IMG/VR virus record: IMGVR_UViG_3300032235_000792
Reading direction: 5' to 3' (one strand)
DNA: 64,000 bases
Source: a virus
Positions 28,215 to 37,060 of this stretch are shown piece by piece (positions within the stretch are counted from its first letter, which is position 1; every line of letters begins with the position of its first letter). The notes under the pieces were generated by a model. The model ran no database searches and had not been told where the DNA came from. It was given only the letters and a program-made list of their open reading frames with translations. The translations under genes and the position numbers were made by a program.

Positions 28215-28934
28215 ATGGAATTCACTAATGAAGAAATGGTAAAGTCTCTAACTTCTTTAATTGATGAAACACTTGAAGAAATTGAAGAGATTAAGAAATC
28301 AAAATTCGCAGCTTCAGAAATTTCTCTTGGCGATGACAAAAGTGGAATCGCTGATAAGTCTAAAAACGGCAAATTAGAAGCTAAGAAAGCCGAAGATGAG
28401 GACGAAGAGGAAGAGGAAGAAGACGAAGACATGGACAAAGCTGACTGTATGGACAAAGCCGAAGATGAGGACGAGGACGAAGGAAGCGATGACATGGATA
28501 AGGCTGATTGTATGGACAAAGCCGAAGACGAAGACGAAGAGCACGAAGAAAAAGAATCTAAAAAACATGAGAAAAAAGAGTCTAAGAAAGAAGAGATGAA
28601 AGAAATGAAGAAGTCTCTTAAAGATTCTGAAAGTCTTATGAAATCTTATGTTGATGAGAGATTCAGTTCATTAGAGAAAACTATTTCTAAACTAGCTGCA
28701 GCAGTTGAGGCAATCGCCGATGCTCCAGTTCAAAGAAAAGGTATTCCAGCTGGAGTAGCTCCTCTTCGTAAATCATCTGAAGAGACAGAATCTCTTTCTA
28801 AGTCAGAAGTTGCAAATAAACTTCTTGAACTTAAGAAAACAGGTAAACATGTTGATTCATCTGATATTTTTAAAGTTGAAACAGGTACTAATTTAACAGT
28901 TCTAGAAATCGCCAATAAATACGGGCTGAGATAA
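28215..28934 (+). CDS. Putative capsid scaffold protein
   Basis: Acidic/coiled-coil protein immediately upstream of MCP with more than 10 K-S/K-A sites. Confidence 0.75.
   Translation: MEFTNEEMVKSLTSLIDETLEEIEEIKKSKFAASEISLGDDKSGIADKSKNGKLEAKKAEDEDEEEEEEDEDMDKADCMDKAEDEDEDEGSDDMDKADCMDKAEDEDEEHEEKESKKHEKKESKKEEMKEMKKSLKDSESLMKSYVDERFSSLEKTISKLAAAVEAIADAPVQRKGIPAGVAPLRKSSEETESLSKSEVANKLLELKKTGKHVDSSDIFKVETGTNLTVLEIANKYGLR
28387..28540 (+). repeat. Intragenic tandem repeats (KAEDEDE / DMDKADCMDKAE)
   Basis: GACATGGA(C/T)AA(A/G)GCTGA(C/T)TGTATGGACAAAGCCGAAGA duplicated. Confidence 0.85.
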
Positions 28935-28950
28935 CTTAAGGAGACAAAAA

Positions 28951-30396
28951 ATGTACACAAACGAAACTGTGGACCAAATCAATCAAGGGCTAGAGCAGGG
29001 GATCGTGTCTCCTGATGAAATCCAAGCTCTCAACAAAGCACTCACTGCTGGATACGGCGGTGCAGGTAAACCAACTGACTTGGTTTATGGTGGTGTTCTT
29101 CAGGCTGAGTCACTAGAAAGTACTCTTAAGAGTGTTACTTTCGACATGAAAAACCTAAAGATGTGGCCAGCTATTTCTGTAGACAAGGCATACAACTTGT
29201 TCGAGCAATATAACCGTCTTATCGGTGTAGGCTCTGACTCATCTCCGTATATCGGAGAAGGTGGAGCGCCTCGTGAAGAAGATTCAACATATATCCGTGA
29301 CGGTCAAAGGATCGTGTTCTTTGGTACTCGCCGTAAGGTAAGTCACCAGATGACATTGGTTCGTACGACTGTTGGTGATGTTGTTGCACAACAAGCAAAA
29401 GAAGGAACTATGCACCTTCTTAAGAGTGTTGAACGTGAAATGTATTGGGGTCATGCACACTTTGCTAACCCAGCTACTGGTGCTCAAAACGGAGCTCTTT
29501 CAGATCTTCCAGCTAACTCAATTGCTATGAATGGACTTCTTCAGCAATTGTTGAAAGGTGACGATGATACTCAACAAAAATCAAAAGAATTCGAAGGATA
29601 CGGCGAAGTTCGCTCTATCTCTAAAGATCTTGCTGGTGCAGTTCTTACTCAAGATGATCTTGAAGATCTAGCAGTAGTAGCTCTTGAAAACTTCGGTTCA
29701 CCGTCAGAACTTCACATTGAGCCGCTAGCTCTAAGTTCTTTCATTAAGCAGTTCTATCCTCAGTTCCGTTCTAACCCAGGTCTTGCAAATCAGACAGTTG
29801 GTTATGACGTTAACAAGATGACTACATCTGCTGGTACTATTGAATTCAAACCAAATCTTTTCCTACGTCCTCGCGGCCGTGTTCGTTCAGTTGGTGTTGC
29901 AAATGCTCCAGCTGCTCCGGCACTTACTGCTCCAGCAGCTCCTTCTGTTGAAGGATCTCTAGATCCAGCTGCTACTTATGATTACGTAGTTACTGCTGTT
30001 AACGACCATGGCGAAGGTTCTCCATCGGCTGTATTGACTGCAGTTGCTCCAGGTTCTGCTGGTGCTGCGGCAATCACTATCGGTTCTGTTGCTGGTGCTA
30101 AGCACTTCAAAGTTTATCGTAAGATGACTGGTGCTGCTGCTGGTTCTGAAGCATTCATTGGAAACTACAAGTCTTCTGGAACAATCGTTGATTCTGGCGC
30201 TAAAGGTGCTGGTCTCGGTGAGTCTTTCCTATTAGATATGTCTTCTGAATGTATGCGCTTCAAGCAACTTGCTCCTCTTTCTAAGATCAATTTCGCGATC
30301 GTTACTACTGCCCTTGAATTCGCAATTGTTCTTTACGGAGCATTGTTCGTGTACACTCCACGATTCAACTGCTTGTTCAGAAACATGGGTCGATAA
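28951..30396 (+). CDS. Major capsid protein (SPO1/K Herelleviridae-like) with Ig/Fn3-like insertion
   Basis: NK-ALTAGYG...LQAESLE N-arm resembling phage K KS-FQTGYG...LRRE; EREMYWG; YDYVVTAVN..GE...FKVYR; strong SD, biased codons, downstream terminator. Confidence 0.92.
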   Translation: MYTNETVDQINQGLEQGIVSPDEIQALNKALTAGYGGAGKPTDLVYGGVLQAESLESTLKSVTFDMKNLKMWPAISVDKAYNLFEQYNRLIGVGSDSSPYIGEGGAPREEDSTYIRDGQRIVFFGTRRKVSHQMTLVRTTVGDVVAQQAKEGTMHLLKSVEREMYWGHAHFANPATGAQNGALSDLPANSIAMNGLLQQLLKGDDDTQQKSKEFEGYGEVRSISKDLAGAVLTQDDLEDLAVVALENFGSPSELHIEPLALSSFIKQFYPQFRSNPGLANQTVGYDVNKMTTSAGTIEFKPNLFLRPRGRVRSVGVANAPAAPALTAPAAPSVEGSLDPAATYDYVVTAVNDHGEGSPSAVLTAVAPGSAGAAAITIGSVAGAKHFKVYRKMTGAAAGSEAFIGNYKSSGTIVDSGAKGAGLGESFLLDMSSECMRFKQLAPLSKINFAIVTTALEFAIVLYGALFVYTPRFNCLFRNMGR

Positions 30397-30413
30397 GATA
30401 CTCTAAATCTTTT

Positions 30414-30441
30414 AAAAAAGGCAACTTCGGTTGCCTTTTTT
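30414..30441 (+). terminator. Intrinsic (potentially bidirectional) terminator after MCP
   Basis: A6-GGCAAC-TTCG-GTTGCC-T6. Confidence 0.92.
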
Positions 30442-30479
30442 ATTTCTGCACTTCGAATCACATTCAAATTTTATTATTC

Positions 30480-30509
30480 GTATAATCTTATTGAACAAAC
30501 AATAGGATT
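30480..30509 (+). promoter_or_regulatory. GTATAAT promoter overlapping a 10-bp SD-occluding hairpin
   Basis: AATCTTATTG (30484-30493)/CAATAGGATT (30500-30509). Confidence 0.6.
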
Positions 30510-30513
30510 TATT

Positions 30514-30957
30514 TTGACATTAAAAAAATTTCTAAAACTATTGACTGATGATGGTAGATATTATGCTGAGTTAGTTTCTAATTTAGCAGAGATATATTAT
30601 TTAAACGACAATAGGCCATCTGTTCTTGTGGAAGTTGAGAAAGGCGTATATCATCTTAATTTTAGAGCAGATCTAATACCTAACATTGTTGCACAAATAT
30701 CTAGTGATATAGCAAGAACTGGTGTTAATCATACTGTTGGACCCGTGTTTGCCCTCTCTAAAGATAAAGGTGTAGTGTACGGAGATGAAGCAATGGGTAT
30801 GCACTATATAAATGTGTTTATGGCACTTCAGCCTTCTCAAACAAAAGAAGATTCAACGAAAGATGCTATATTTGTTGTTCAAGAACCTATCGAAACATTT
30901 TCCGGTAAACGAGCAACAAGAAGTGATAGAATTTATAGAAGACTTTGGGGTGAATAG
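30514..30957 (+). CDS. Hypothetical protein
   Basis: TTG start after AGGA SD and own promoter. Confidence 0.7.
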   Translation: MTLKKFLKLLTDDGRYYAELVSNLAEIYYLNDNRPSVLVEVEKGVYHLNFRADLIPNIVAQISSDIARTGVNHTVGPVFALSKDKGVVYGDEAMGMHYINVFMALQPSQTKEDSTKDAIFVVQEPIETFSGKRATRSDRIYRRLWGE

Positions 30958-31226
30958 TGAAAACTAATAAAAACGGTCAAGTAGAGGTAGTAGATTTGAA
31001 CACTGAGGATGTAATTAACAAACCTAAACACTATAATTTTGCAGCTATAGAGCCAATCGACGTTATAGAAGACTGGCAACTAGACTTCAGATTGGCTAAT
31101 GCACTTAAGTATATTTCTCGTGCAGGTAAAAAAGATCCATCTAAAACTAAAGAGGATCTTCAAAAAGCTATCTGGTACATAAATAGATACATAACTAAGG
31201 AATGCGACGATGTCAAAAAAGAATAA
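30957..31226 (+). CDS. DUF3310-family protein
   Basis: INKPKHY..IEPIDVI..F.LANALKYISRAGKK..EDLQKAIWYI. Confidence 0.88.
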   Translation: MKTNKNGQVEVVDLNTEDVINKPKHYNFAAIEPIDVIEDWQLDFRLANALKYISRAGKKDPSKTKEDLQKAIWYINRYITKECDDVKKE

Positions 31227-32841
31227 ACAAGTTAACGATCTTCAAGATAAGAAGAAGAGCATGTTAAGAGACTATGCAAATCTTCGTAAGCAGATGCGTC
31301 GTGACTTAAGCGTTGAAGACTTTACGTCCAATACTGAATACACGAAAGATATGCTAAAGCATCATTATGGATCATTGTCCAATATCGATGAAGAAGCACG
31401 TAGGAAGTATCCTAGATGCTTTCTAGACGTGTATATAGAAGACATGATGACAGAGCAGCAGCTAGATAAATTAAGAGCTACTATTACAAATAATAAAAAG
31501 TTTGTAATAACAACGGCAGTAACTGGTTGTGAGCTAGATGGTAAGATGTACAAATCAGTCAAGACTTACTGTAAGAAAAATAATGCCGCGCTTCTGATCC
31601 TAATAGCCTCAGATCCAGCATCTAATCTTGATCGCGGTTCTCTAGGTCGAGTTGATAAGCGATTAACGTCTGAAGCGATCGTATTGGAAGATTCCGAATT
31701 AAATTCAAACATCTTTCTATCTACTATTAAATTGTCTGCCAAGCATATAGATCCTATTGCTGGTCTAGGTCGAATTGGTCAGCGTGAGGGTAGTTTCGTA
31801 TACGCATCACCAAAACAAAGACTAAAATCAAGCCCAGTATCTAATACAAAACTGCCACACTTTCTTATGACAACTGGTGCAATAACGGTGCCAGATTACA
31901 CATCCGCAAATTACATGTCAAATAGAACTGCATACATCGCACATTATGACCATGTTATGGGTGGTGTTATTGTAGAGATCGGCGATTCAGACGAGTATCA
32001 CTTTAGACAATTTCAATGTGATCAGACAGGTAAATTCATCGATCTAGGGATCGAGTACAGTGCAACAGGTACTAAGAAAATTAGACCAGAGGCATTCGTA
32101 CTAGGAGACTGGCACTCAGGCAGCACATGCCCGATGTCTAAACTTGTATGGGACGACATCTGCAGAACCTTGAAGCCTAAAAAATTAGTAATGCACGATC
32201 TATTTGATGGCAAGTCTATCAACCACCATGAAGCCCATAATATAGATTCTAAAGCTAAAAGAGCAGAATCTGGGCAATTGAATCTAAGAGAAGAGCTTAA
32301 TCTTGTTGCTAGAGATCTAGAATATTTGACGTCTTTATCTGATGAAGTGGTTGTTGTTAAATCTAATCACGATGAGTTCCTAGATAGATTTCTTCAAAAG
32401 GGCGACTTTAAGAATGACCCATATAACTATAAAACGTTTCTAGAGCTTGCTCTGCATTATGTTAACACTAGCGAAGACCCATTGAAATATGGTGTAGAAA
32501 AGATGGGCAATATAAATATTAAATGCATGAGTAAAATCAGATGGTTAAAGAGAGATGAAGATCTTCGCCTAGCAGACATACAATTAGGTGCCCATGGCGA
32601 CAAAGGGGCTAACGGTGCAAGAGGTGGTCTCCAATCTATGGAATTTGCATACGGTAACTCAGTAACCGGTCATAGCCATTCACCAGAAATTCTTCGTGGT
32701 GCTTGGCAGGTGGGAACCAGTTCTCATCTTAAATTAGGATATAACGTGGGCCCTAGTTCATGGCTTAATTCATCATGTCTCGTATACCCAAATGGTCAAA
32801 GACAACTTATAAACGCAATAAAAGGTAAATATAGAATATGA
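31210..32841 (+). CDS. Calcineurin-like metallophosphoesterase with N-terminal extension
   Basis: LGDWH, HDLFDG..INHH, SNHD, HGD, GHSH motifs. Confidence 0.8.
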   Translation: MSKKNKQVNDLQDKKKSMLRDYANLRKQMRRDLSVEDFTSNTEYTKDMLKHHYGSLSNIDEEARRKYPRCFLDVYIEDMMTEQQLDKLRATITNNKKFVITTAVTGCELDGKMYKSVKTYCKKNNAALLILIASDPASNLDRGSLGRVDKRLTSEAIVLEDSELNSNIFLSTIKLSAKHIDPIAGLGRIGQREGSFVYASPKQRLKSSPVSNTKLPHFLMTTGAITVPDYTSANYMSNRTAYIAHYDHVMGGVIVEIGDSDEYHFRQFQCDQTGKFIDLGIEYSATGTKKIRPEAFVLGDWHSGSTCPMSKLVWDDICRTLKPKKLVMHDLFDGKSINHHEAHNIDSKAKRAESGQLNLREELNLVARDLEYLTSLSDEVVVVKSNHDEFLDRFLQKGDFKNDPYNYKTFLELALHYVNTSEDPLKYGVEKMGNINIKCMSKIRWLKRDEDLRLADIQLGAHGDKGANGARGGLQSMEFAYGNSVTGHSHSPEILRGAWQVGTSSHLKLGYNVGPSSWLNSSCLVYPNGQRQLINAIKGKYRI

Positions 32842-32858
32842 TGTCATGCCTACCATCA

Positions 32859-32894
32859 TGGTATAATATCTCTATATGTTTGAAAATATAGGGA
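32859..32894 (+). promoter_or_regulatory. TGGTATAAT promoter plus SD-occluding hairpin
   Basis: TCTCTATAT (32869-32877)/ATATAGGGA (32886-32894) covers the GGGAG SD. Confidence 0.6.
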
Positions 32895-32902
32895 GTCTAT
32901 AG

Positions 32903-33232
32903 ATGCCTAGCAAAAATAAGATACGAAAATTAGTTACCCTAAATAAGGTTGACATAGCTCAAGCGTTGCAGTCACTCCAGGTGCCTGGCAAAGTTATAAC
33001 TGATAATATTTCAGCTGGTTGGGTTGAGGTTGGCGAAGGTAACATTGTTAGAATTCAAACGTCTGCCGACATTTACGTAGCATTTTCTGACATCGATGCT
33101 CCTGCCGAGACAGTTAGCGTGTCATCCTCTCCTGCTGTAAAGATTCTTGCTGGTGATAGTTACATACTGTGTCAAGCAAAATACATGAGAGCAAGCGGAG
33201 CTGCATTAAGATTAGAACTCTTAGAAATTTAA
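32903..33232 (+). CDS. Hypothetical, probable virion protein
   Basis: Beta-rich 109 aa; first gene of the post-capsid operon. Confidence 0.7.
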   Translation: MPSKNKIRKLVTLNKVDIAQALQSLQVPGKVITDNISAGWVEVGEGNIVRIQTSADIYVAFSDIDAPAETVSVSSSPAVKILAGDSYILCQAKYMRASGAALRLELLEI

Positions 33233-33240
33233 GAGGCTAT

Positions 33241-36237
33241 ATGAAGTTGAATAGTTTCAAGGAAATTCTAATCAAGAAATCTTTTGATAATGCGAGTCTT
33301 CAAGACTTTATTCAAGATATTTCTACAGAAGAATTATTCGAATACGTTTCTGAAGTTTTAGAGAAGATGGCATCAAAAAAGCAACCGAATGGTGCTTTAA
33401 TAGACTATGCTCACAATTTCAATATTAATGATGCTGATCACATTCATGGGCAACTGTCCCATCATGCTAGTAAATATTCTGCGGCTATGAAAAAGCTAAA
33501 TAGTATGCCTGAAGATAGTCCTGCTACTAAAAATGTCAGAGACGTTGCAAATCAACACATGGGGAACATTTTTAAAACAATGCACTTATTGCATAAGATA
33601 ACTAAAGATGGCAGCACAAACCACACTGACCCAGAGCACAACCAGACTATAAATAATCCGGGTGCTGAATCTTATAAGATGTCTGTAACAGATGCAGATG
33701 GAAAGAGCGAACCGATCTCTCCAGACGCGTGGACCAGAAACCTTTGGTCAAGCATGAAGCCGGGTGCAACTAATCCGTACCAGGACAACAGCTACACTAC
33801 AGCGGTAAGAGGTTGGAATGTAGATACTAAAAAATTTGATTTCATGAGTATGCCACCTCATCATGCGAGAGTTGATCATATATCTAGACACGGAGAAAAT
33901 GGAGCATACCCTCTTGAAAGATTAAAAGTAGACGGCCATCATTTAGATATAAACCCGGATGAAGAGTTTACTGGTAAATTTGAACCACATTATTACGACA
34001 AGCATCCAATATTTAAGATGATGTCTAATCCTAAAGAAAAGTTATCAGACGCAGATAATGAAACATATAAAAGGATGATGGGGGAGTTTCACGACTCTAT
34101 GAGTGATCCTAAGACTTTTGAAAATCATGTGGACAGAATTAGACAAGAAAAAATGCCACCAAAGGCTGTGCAACTTCATCCAAAGCACTCACCTTTAGAC
34201 ATTGACAAGCATACTAACTACAGTTCAGCAGGAATGCACGAGAAAGATTTTGAAGATGCTGTATCTCAACTACAATCTGACCCATCTAAAGCTCAAGAAA
34301 TATTCAGTAAATATCCAAAGCTTAAAGAAGCTATTAGTAAAGATTCTTCTTCGGAAATAAAAAAACAATCACAAAAACAACAAGAAGAGAAATCTTACGG
34401 AAGCATGGATGACGTACATGAAGAGATGTACAATATGTTAAAAGATAACCCTGAACTAGAAAACGAATTATTTGACAATGAAGATCAAAAAAAAGAATAT
34501 CAAGACTACCTATCTAGAACTAAACTTAATAAGAGTAATGAATTAACTCAAATTGAGTTTCTATTAAAATCTATATCTGGTCTAATAAATAAAAATAAAT
34601 CTTTCTTCACCAGCAATCCAGAGATATTCAACGTAGTTCAAGAGCGTTTCATTAAGGCAGTAAACGATGAGAGCGAAGAAGAATTTGATCCGTACGAGTA
34701 TGCTCAAAAAGATCAAACTGATGAAGAACCGCAAGATGAAGACACGAGTTATGCAGAAGATACTGCGTCTTTAGACGACGAAGAGCCTACAGCAGATGAG
34801 AAAAATTCTAAAAGAATGTCTGGCTGGGCACCAAAAGAAAAATATACAGATAAACAATTAGCTGATATAAAAAATCACATGAACAATGGTTTCTCACATA
34901 GAGAAGCAGAGAGAATGGCTAATGCTCATGACTTTCATAGTGATCCTTGGAAAACAAACTACACTAATCCAAATCAGCCATCTGACGCACTCATTAACTT
35001 GCTGCAACCACATTTTAAAGAACATTTGAGATTAGCCGGAGACAAACAGGCTCTTGAGTCAAAGGCTTCTGATGCACCAGTTATTGCTAGTCACGCTCAA
35101 TCAATTGCTGCAAGAAAGACTGAGCATCAAACAAAGATGCGTGGAGAGCTTAACGAGTATCTAAAATCTATTAGGAGTTTGCCAGTTGCAAAGCGAGCTC
35201 AATTAGAGGCAGCTTGGAAAAAAGACTACATAAGTAAAAATCCTGAGGTTCATGAAGAACTAGGTCAAAACATATCTAGTGCTTCAGATATTAGAAGTAA
35301 AGCTTTTCAAGAAAGAGGAAAGAGCACAGAGCAGGGAGCTCAAGATGTAGCAAGCGCTATTTCCGGACAGTCCTTTTCTCCTGAAGTAGATCAGTCTCCT
35401 AAGTATAGCTTTAAGCACAGTGATACTATGGATGACGGAACTGAGCATCATGATGTTACTGAGAACGGTAAAAGTCATGGATTCGTAGTGCATCATCCAA
35501 ATAAGCCGCATGAAACAGAGTTTTTACCAGCAGAAGGTTCTGAGGCAAACTCAGAAGATGTTGTAAATTCTTTTAATAATTTTAAAACTTCTTCTGATAC
35601 AGGTATGGGTCAAGAGGATCTTAACAACGTGTTAAGAGAAATAGGTAACGCTCACTCTAAGATGCGTGGAGAGCTTGGAAAATATCAAGAATCAATCAAG
35701 CATATGCCACCAGCTCAACGTTCTCAATTAGAATCAGAGTGGAAAAAAGACTACTCTAGTAAGAACCCAGATGTAAATGTTACAGAAATACTGAACAAGC
35801 ACCCTAAATTAAAAAGTCATATATTCAAGCTAAAATCTTCTGGTGAAGGTGAAAGCGGAGAGCAAGAGCCTCAAAGCGAGTGGAGTGGATATAGAGGATT
35901 CGAGCCTGAAGGTAAACAATTTGGTACTGCCGTTCAAGACATATATGGTGGAAGTAGTGATGAAGAAGGTGGCGGAGGATCAAACATAGGTATGAGCGTA
36001 GAGTCTGATCCTTACTCTACATTACACGGAAAGATTCAAAGTATGACCCCAGAAGGTCGTCAAAAACTTATAGAAAAAAATCCAAACATAAAACAAAAAT
36101 TAGATAAACTAAACGAAACACAAAAACAAAGAATGTCGCACATAGAATCTGTGCGTCCATCTTCTACTAAACCTGCTCAGCCTGCTCAGCCTACACAGCC
36201 AAAAGGAGCGCCAAGTGCCAATATCAAGAACGTCTAG
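33241..36237 (+). CDS. Large modular protein (about 998 aa), probable internal head/cargo protein
   Basis: GAGG SD before ATG 33241; internal repeats; LEK-M, LNK-S, LLK-S, FIK-A sites. Confidence 0.75.
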   Translation: MKLNSFKEILIKKSFDNASLQDFIQDISTEELFEYVSEVLEKMASKKQPNGALIDYAHNFNINDADHIHGQLSHHASKYSAAMKKLNSMPEDSPATKNVRDVANQHMGNIFKTMHLLHKITKDGSTNHTDPEHNQTINNPGAESYKMSVTDADGKSEPISPDAWTRNLWSSMKPGATNPYQDNSYTTAVRGWNVDTKKFDFMSMPPHHARVDHISRHGENGAYPLERLKVDGHHLDINPDEEFTGKFEPHYYDKHPIFKMMSNPKEKLSDADNETYKRMMGEFHDSMSDPKTFENHVDRIRQEKMPPKAVQLHPKHSPLDIDKHTNYSSAGMHEKDFEDAVSQLQSDPSKAQEIFSKYPKLKEAISKDSSSEIKKQSQKQQEEKSYGSMDDVHEEMYNMLKDNPELENELFDNEDQKKEYQDYLSRTKLNKSNELTQIEFLLKSISGLINKNKSFFTSNPEIFNVVQERFIKAVNDESEEEFDPYEYAQKDQTDEEPQDEDTSYAEDTASLDDEEPTADEKNSKRMSGWAPKEKYTDKQLADIKNHMNNGFSHREAERMANAHDFHSDPWKTNYTNPNQPSDALINLLQPHFKEHLRLAGDKQALESKASDAPVIASHAQSIAARKTEHQTKMRGELNEYLKSIRSLPVAKRAQLEAAWKKDYISKNPEVHEELGQNISSASDIRSKAFQERGKSTEQGAQDVASAISGQSFSPEVDQSPKYSFKHSDTMDDGTEHHDVTENGKSHGFVVHHPNKPHETEFLPAEGSEANSEDVVNSFNNFKTSSDTGMGQEDLNNVLREIGNAHSKMRGELGKYQESIKHMPPAQRSQLESEWKKDYSSKNPDVNVTEILNKHPKLKSHIFKLKSSGEGESGEQEPQSEWSGYRGFEPEGKQFGTAVQDIYGGSSDEEGGGGSNIGMSVESDPYSTLHGKIQSMTPEGRQKLIEKNPNIKQKLDKLNETQKQRMSHIESVRPSSTKPAQPAQPTQPKGAPSANIKNV

Positions 36238-37051
36238 AACCGGCCTTTACCCTGTATGGGCAAAAGACGGGCAAGATAGTACAGGTACTTTCGATAGATT
36301 TATGCCATTGCCGACACCAACGGTAATGAAGTCTAGAGCACTTTTTGGTATACCGCTTCAGTCTCAACTAACTGGTCAAGTAATAGATGACAGCATGATA
36401 AAACACTATATAGATTCTGCTATATCTCAATTAGAGCATGAACTAGATATGTATATAACACCAGTTACATTTGAAGAAAAGCATGACTATATGCGTCATG
36501 AATTTAATTGGAACTATAACTATCTTAAACTAAATCATCCAAACGTTATTGCAGTAGAAGAGGTTCAATTAAGTTTTTCTAATGATCAGACGAACCTAGG
36601 ATTTGTTCAGTTTCCATTAGAGCACGTACATCTTATGCCTCAAGAAGGTGTGATACAGCTTGTTCCAGCATTCGGCACTAGCTTGTCTGGATTTTTATTG
36701 TCTGCATTTTCAGGGACTCAGTTCCATGCATTGAGAGCAATTGGTCTAGATAATTTTCCAGGTGGAATACGAGTAAAATATACTGCAGGGTTTGAAGAAG
36801 GTAAGATACCAGCTACAATAGTTGAATTAATAGAAAACACGGCTGCTTATAAGCTTCTAACTTTTATAGGCCCGCTCCTGTTTCCTCACACATCTGTTGG
36901 TGTTAGCATGGATGGAGTCAGTCAGTCAGTAGGAACACCGGGTCCTCAATTTCTAGCTGCTCGTATAAAAGATCTTGACGATATAATACAAAAGCAAAAA
37001 GACGTAGTTAAAGGATATTATCAGAGACGATGGAACATCGATTTCTTTTAA
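36215..37051 (+). CDS. Putative head-tail adaptor/neck protein
   Basis: YIDSAISQLEHELD, HPNVIAVEEV, IRVKYTAGF..IP, VSMDGVSQS pattern of head-completion proteins; GTG start after AAGGAG. Confidence 0.7.
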   Translation: MPISRTSRTGLYPVWAKDGQDSTGTFDRFMPLPTPTVMKSRALFGIPLQSQLTGQVIDDSMIKHYIDSAISQLEHELDMYITPVTFEEKHDYMRHEFNWNYNYLKLNHPNVIAVEEVQLSFSNDQTNLGFVQFPLEHVHLMPQEGVIQLVPAFGTSLSGFLLSAFSGTQFHALRAIGLDNFPGGIRVKYTAGFEEGKIPATIVELIENTAAYKLLTFIGPLLFPHTSVGVSMDGVSQSVGTPGPQFLAARIKDLDDIIQKQKDVVKGYYQRRWNIDFF

Positions 37052-37060
37052 AGGACACTT

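Noticed and set aside
28163-28960. Antisense ORFs over the scaffold gene (and similar shadow ORFs at 1528, 37740, 45827, 46160)
   Set aside because: Low-complexity mirror translations of repetitive sense genes, without SD or promoter
33169-33240. Longer ORF-track start for the 1022-aa protein (likewise 8088, 14922, 24528, 25619, 27826, 39001, 43482, 54117, 61297)
   Set aside because: Downstream ATGs have better SD sequences or avoid overlap with the upstream gene
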